Source of the DNA: Gammaproteobacteria bacterium
Lineage (GTDB): Bacteria > Pseudomonadota > Gammaproteobacteria > GCA-002705445 > GCA-002716945
Reading direction: 5' to 3'
DNA: 64,000 nucleotides
NCBI GenBank assembly: GCA_030835925.1
Contig: JAURQW010000012.1
Location: 3,500 to 67,499 of the forward strand
In this document: positions 62,780 through 64,000 of the stretch, in pieces
How positions within the stretch are numbered: the stretch's first letter is position 1
How the letters are laid out: the number at the start of each line of letters is the position of its first letter
Notes under the pieces: generated by a model
Told to the model about the DNA's origin: nothing
Database searches by the model: none
The model's input: the letters and a program-made list of their open reading frames with translations, nothing else
Made by a program: the position numbers and the translations under genes

Positions 62780-63517
62780 TCACATATATAACCCACCATT
62801 TACATTAATATTTTCACCTGTGATGTAAGACGCCTTATCAGATGCCAAAAACCCTACCACATTCGCCAACTCTGATGCTAGCCCCATCCTTCCAAGAGGA
62901 ATGGACTTAACAAGCATGTCTTTCTGAGAATCTTTTAATTTTTTTGTCATATCTGTATCAATAAATCCAGGAGAAATAGTATTTACTGTAATATTTCTGC
63001 TTGCAACCTCTTTAGCTAACGATTTTGTAAATCCTAATAAAGCTGATTTCGTTGATGAATAGTTTGTTTGGCCAGCATTGCCACTAACGCCCACAACAGA
63101 GCCTATGTTAATAACTCGACCATATCTTTCTTTCATCATATCTTTGACGAATTCTTTTGTTATGCGGTATATTGAGGTCAAGTTAGTGTCTATTACTTCG
63201 TCCCACTCTTTATCGCTCATTCTAATCAACAGATTATCCATTGTAATTCCGGCATTATTTACCAACACTGAGACTTTGCCATATTCACTTGTTATTTTTT
63301 CGTTTAAAGTCGAAACAGCATTCTTATCAGTTACATCAAAGATAACACCGCAGCCACTTCCATTAGTCGATTTTAATACATTATTGACATCATCAATGCC
63401 TTGCTGTGATCTAGATGTACCAATTACAGTAAAACCATCATTTGATAGAGAAATTAGTATTTCTTTACCAATACCCCTGTTTGCTCCAGTTATTAATGCT
63501 ATTTTTGAATCAGCCAT
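62780..63517 (-). CDS. fabG: 3-oxoacyl-ACP reductase
   Basis: ALITGANRGIGKE, NNAG and YSSTKSA. ATG 63517 is preferred over GTG 63529. Confidence 0.93.
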   Translation of the reverse strand: MADSKIALITGANRGIGKEILISLSNDGFTVIGTSRSQQGIDDVNNVLKSTNGSGCGVIFDVTDKNAVSTLNEKITSEYGKVSVLVNNAGITMDNLLIRMSDKEWDEVIDTNLTSIYRITKEFVKDMMKERYGRVINIGSVVGVSGNAGQTNYSSTKSALLGFTKSLAKEVASRNITVNTISPGFIDTDMTKKLKDSQKDMLVKSIPLGRMGLASELANVVGFLASDKASYITGENINVNGGLYM

Positions 63518-64000
63518 TATATGCCTCACTTACTCCATCAATAGACTCATATTTGTCTATAGAAGAGCTTGTCACCCCATCTTTATTTATTAATATTTTG
63601 CTATTCAAACCAGTTAGAACCTTACCAGGCCCTATCTCAATATAATTACCTATATTTTCACTGAATATCTTTTCAATGGTTTTTTCCCATAATACAGGAT
63701 TACACACTTGGTCACACAAAGATTTGATTATATCAAGTTTACTGTCTTTTATCGATGCATCTGAATTATGTATAACTGGGAATAAGCTTTCTTTTTTTAA
63801 AACATCTATATTATTCAATAATTTAAATAGCTTATCTGAACATGAGTTCATGATTGATGAATGAGCAGCGACACTGACCGGCAAAATAATAACCCTTTTA
63901 ACTCCTTGTGTTTTAAATACAGGCTCACATGAGTCGATAAGATTTTTATGTCCAGCAATCACGATCTGATTTTTCGAATTATAATTAACAGGCTGAATAA
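63510..64000 (-). CDS. fabD: Malonyl-CoA:ACP transacylase, C-terminal part (5' end outside the window)
   Basis: The frame is open to the window edge (..NYNSKNQIVIAGHK..). VSVAAHSSIM and GPGKVLTGL motifs. The annotated 'M' at 63962 is an internal GTG/Val. Confidence 0.9.
   Translation of the reverse strand, partial: IQPVNYNSKNQIVIAGHKNLIDSCEPVFKTQGVKRVIILPVSVAAHSSIMNSCSDKLFKLLNNIDVLKKESLFPVIHNSDASIKDSKLDIIKSLCDQVCNPVLWEKTIEKIFSENIGNYIEIGPGKVLTGLNSKILINKDGVTSSSIDKYESIDGVSEAYNG

Noticed and set aside
63078-63645. 171-aa and 67-aa plus-strand ORFs
   Set aside because: They are antisense to fabG and fabD, both unambiguous.
1-64000. Search by eye for tRNA/rRNA genes, CRISPR repeats, IS/transposase/integrase genes, toxin-antitoxin or phage-defence cassettes
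   Set aside because: I recognised none. All long ORFs are accounted for by metabolic or glycan functions, and the intergenic DNA is short and AT-rich. A proper scan (tRNAscan, Infernal, repeat finders, defence-system HMMs) is still needed.

Overview
Very AT-rich, gene-dense bacterial DNA. I could not recognise any rRNA, tRNA, CRISPR array, transposase or integrase. Positions 1 to ~51.2 kb form one large single-strand surface-glycan (O-antigen/capsule-type) biosynthesis island of about 52 co-directional, often overlapping genes. It opens with ugd, an RfaH-like NusG paralog and an exact ops antitermination element (GGCGGTAGCGTG, 2588-2599). Modules I can read are: (1) a Campylobacter-type legionaminic-acid (nonulosonic acid) gene set (CMP-synthetase, PtmA/PtmE-like, LegC/NeuC/NeuB-like); (2) two WbuX/PseA-type amidotransferases flanking HisF/HisH paralogs; (3) a NeuD-type acyltransferase, a MaoC hydratase and a CDP-alcohol phosphotransferase; (4) a sulfotransferase-like gene, a pyruvate kinase lacking its C-domain, and an APS-kinase-like gene; (5) Wzz, a deacetylase and Wzy; (6) two CDP-hexose gene sets; (7) an SQD1/SqdB-like putative UDP-sulfoquinovose synthase; (8) a WecA-like initiating transferase, a PglK/MsbA-like ABC exporter and a WbpM/PglF-like dehydratase; (9) a second NeuB-like/CMP-transferase module with a class-IV aminotransferase and a PhyH dioxygenase; (10) an rfbF remnant. 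Most notable is a syntenic homolog set of the C. jejuni phosphoramidate (MeOPN) donor pathway (Cj1418/Cj1417/Cj1416-like), in which a TagD-like cytidylyltransferase domain is fused to the kinase. Formyltransferase-like and TagF-like genes follow it. After the island come a TupBCA-like ABC transporter, a photolyase-related gene, a TylF-type methyltransferase and small accessory genes. The right end (57.1-64 kb, minus strand) is conserved housekeeping: SNase-like nuclease, metX, holB, tmk, pabC, fabF, acpP, fabG and partial fabD. This order and the E. coli-like AcpP suggest a gammaproteobacterium. All functional calls come from motif-level reading of the supplied translations; no database search or computation beyond hand counting was possible.
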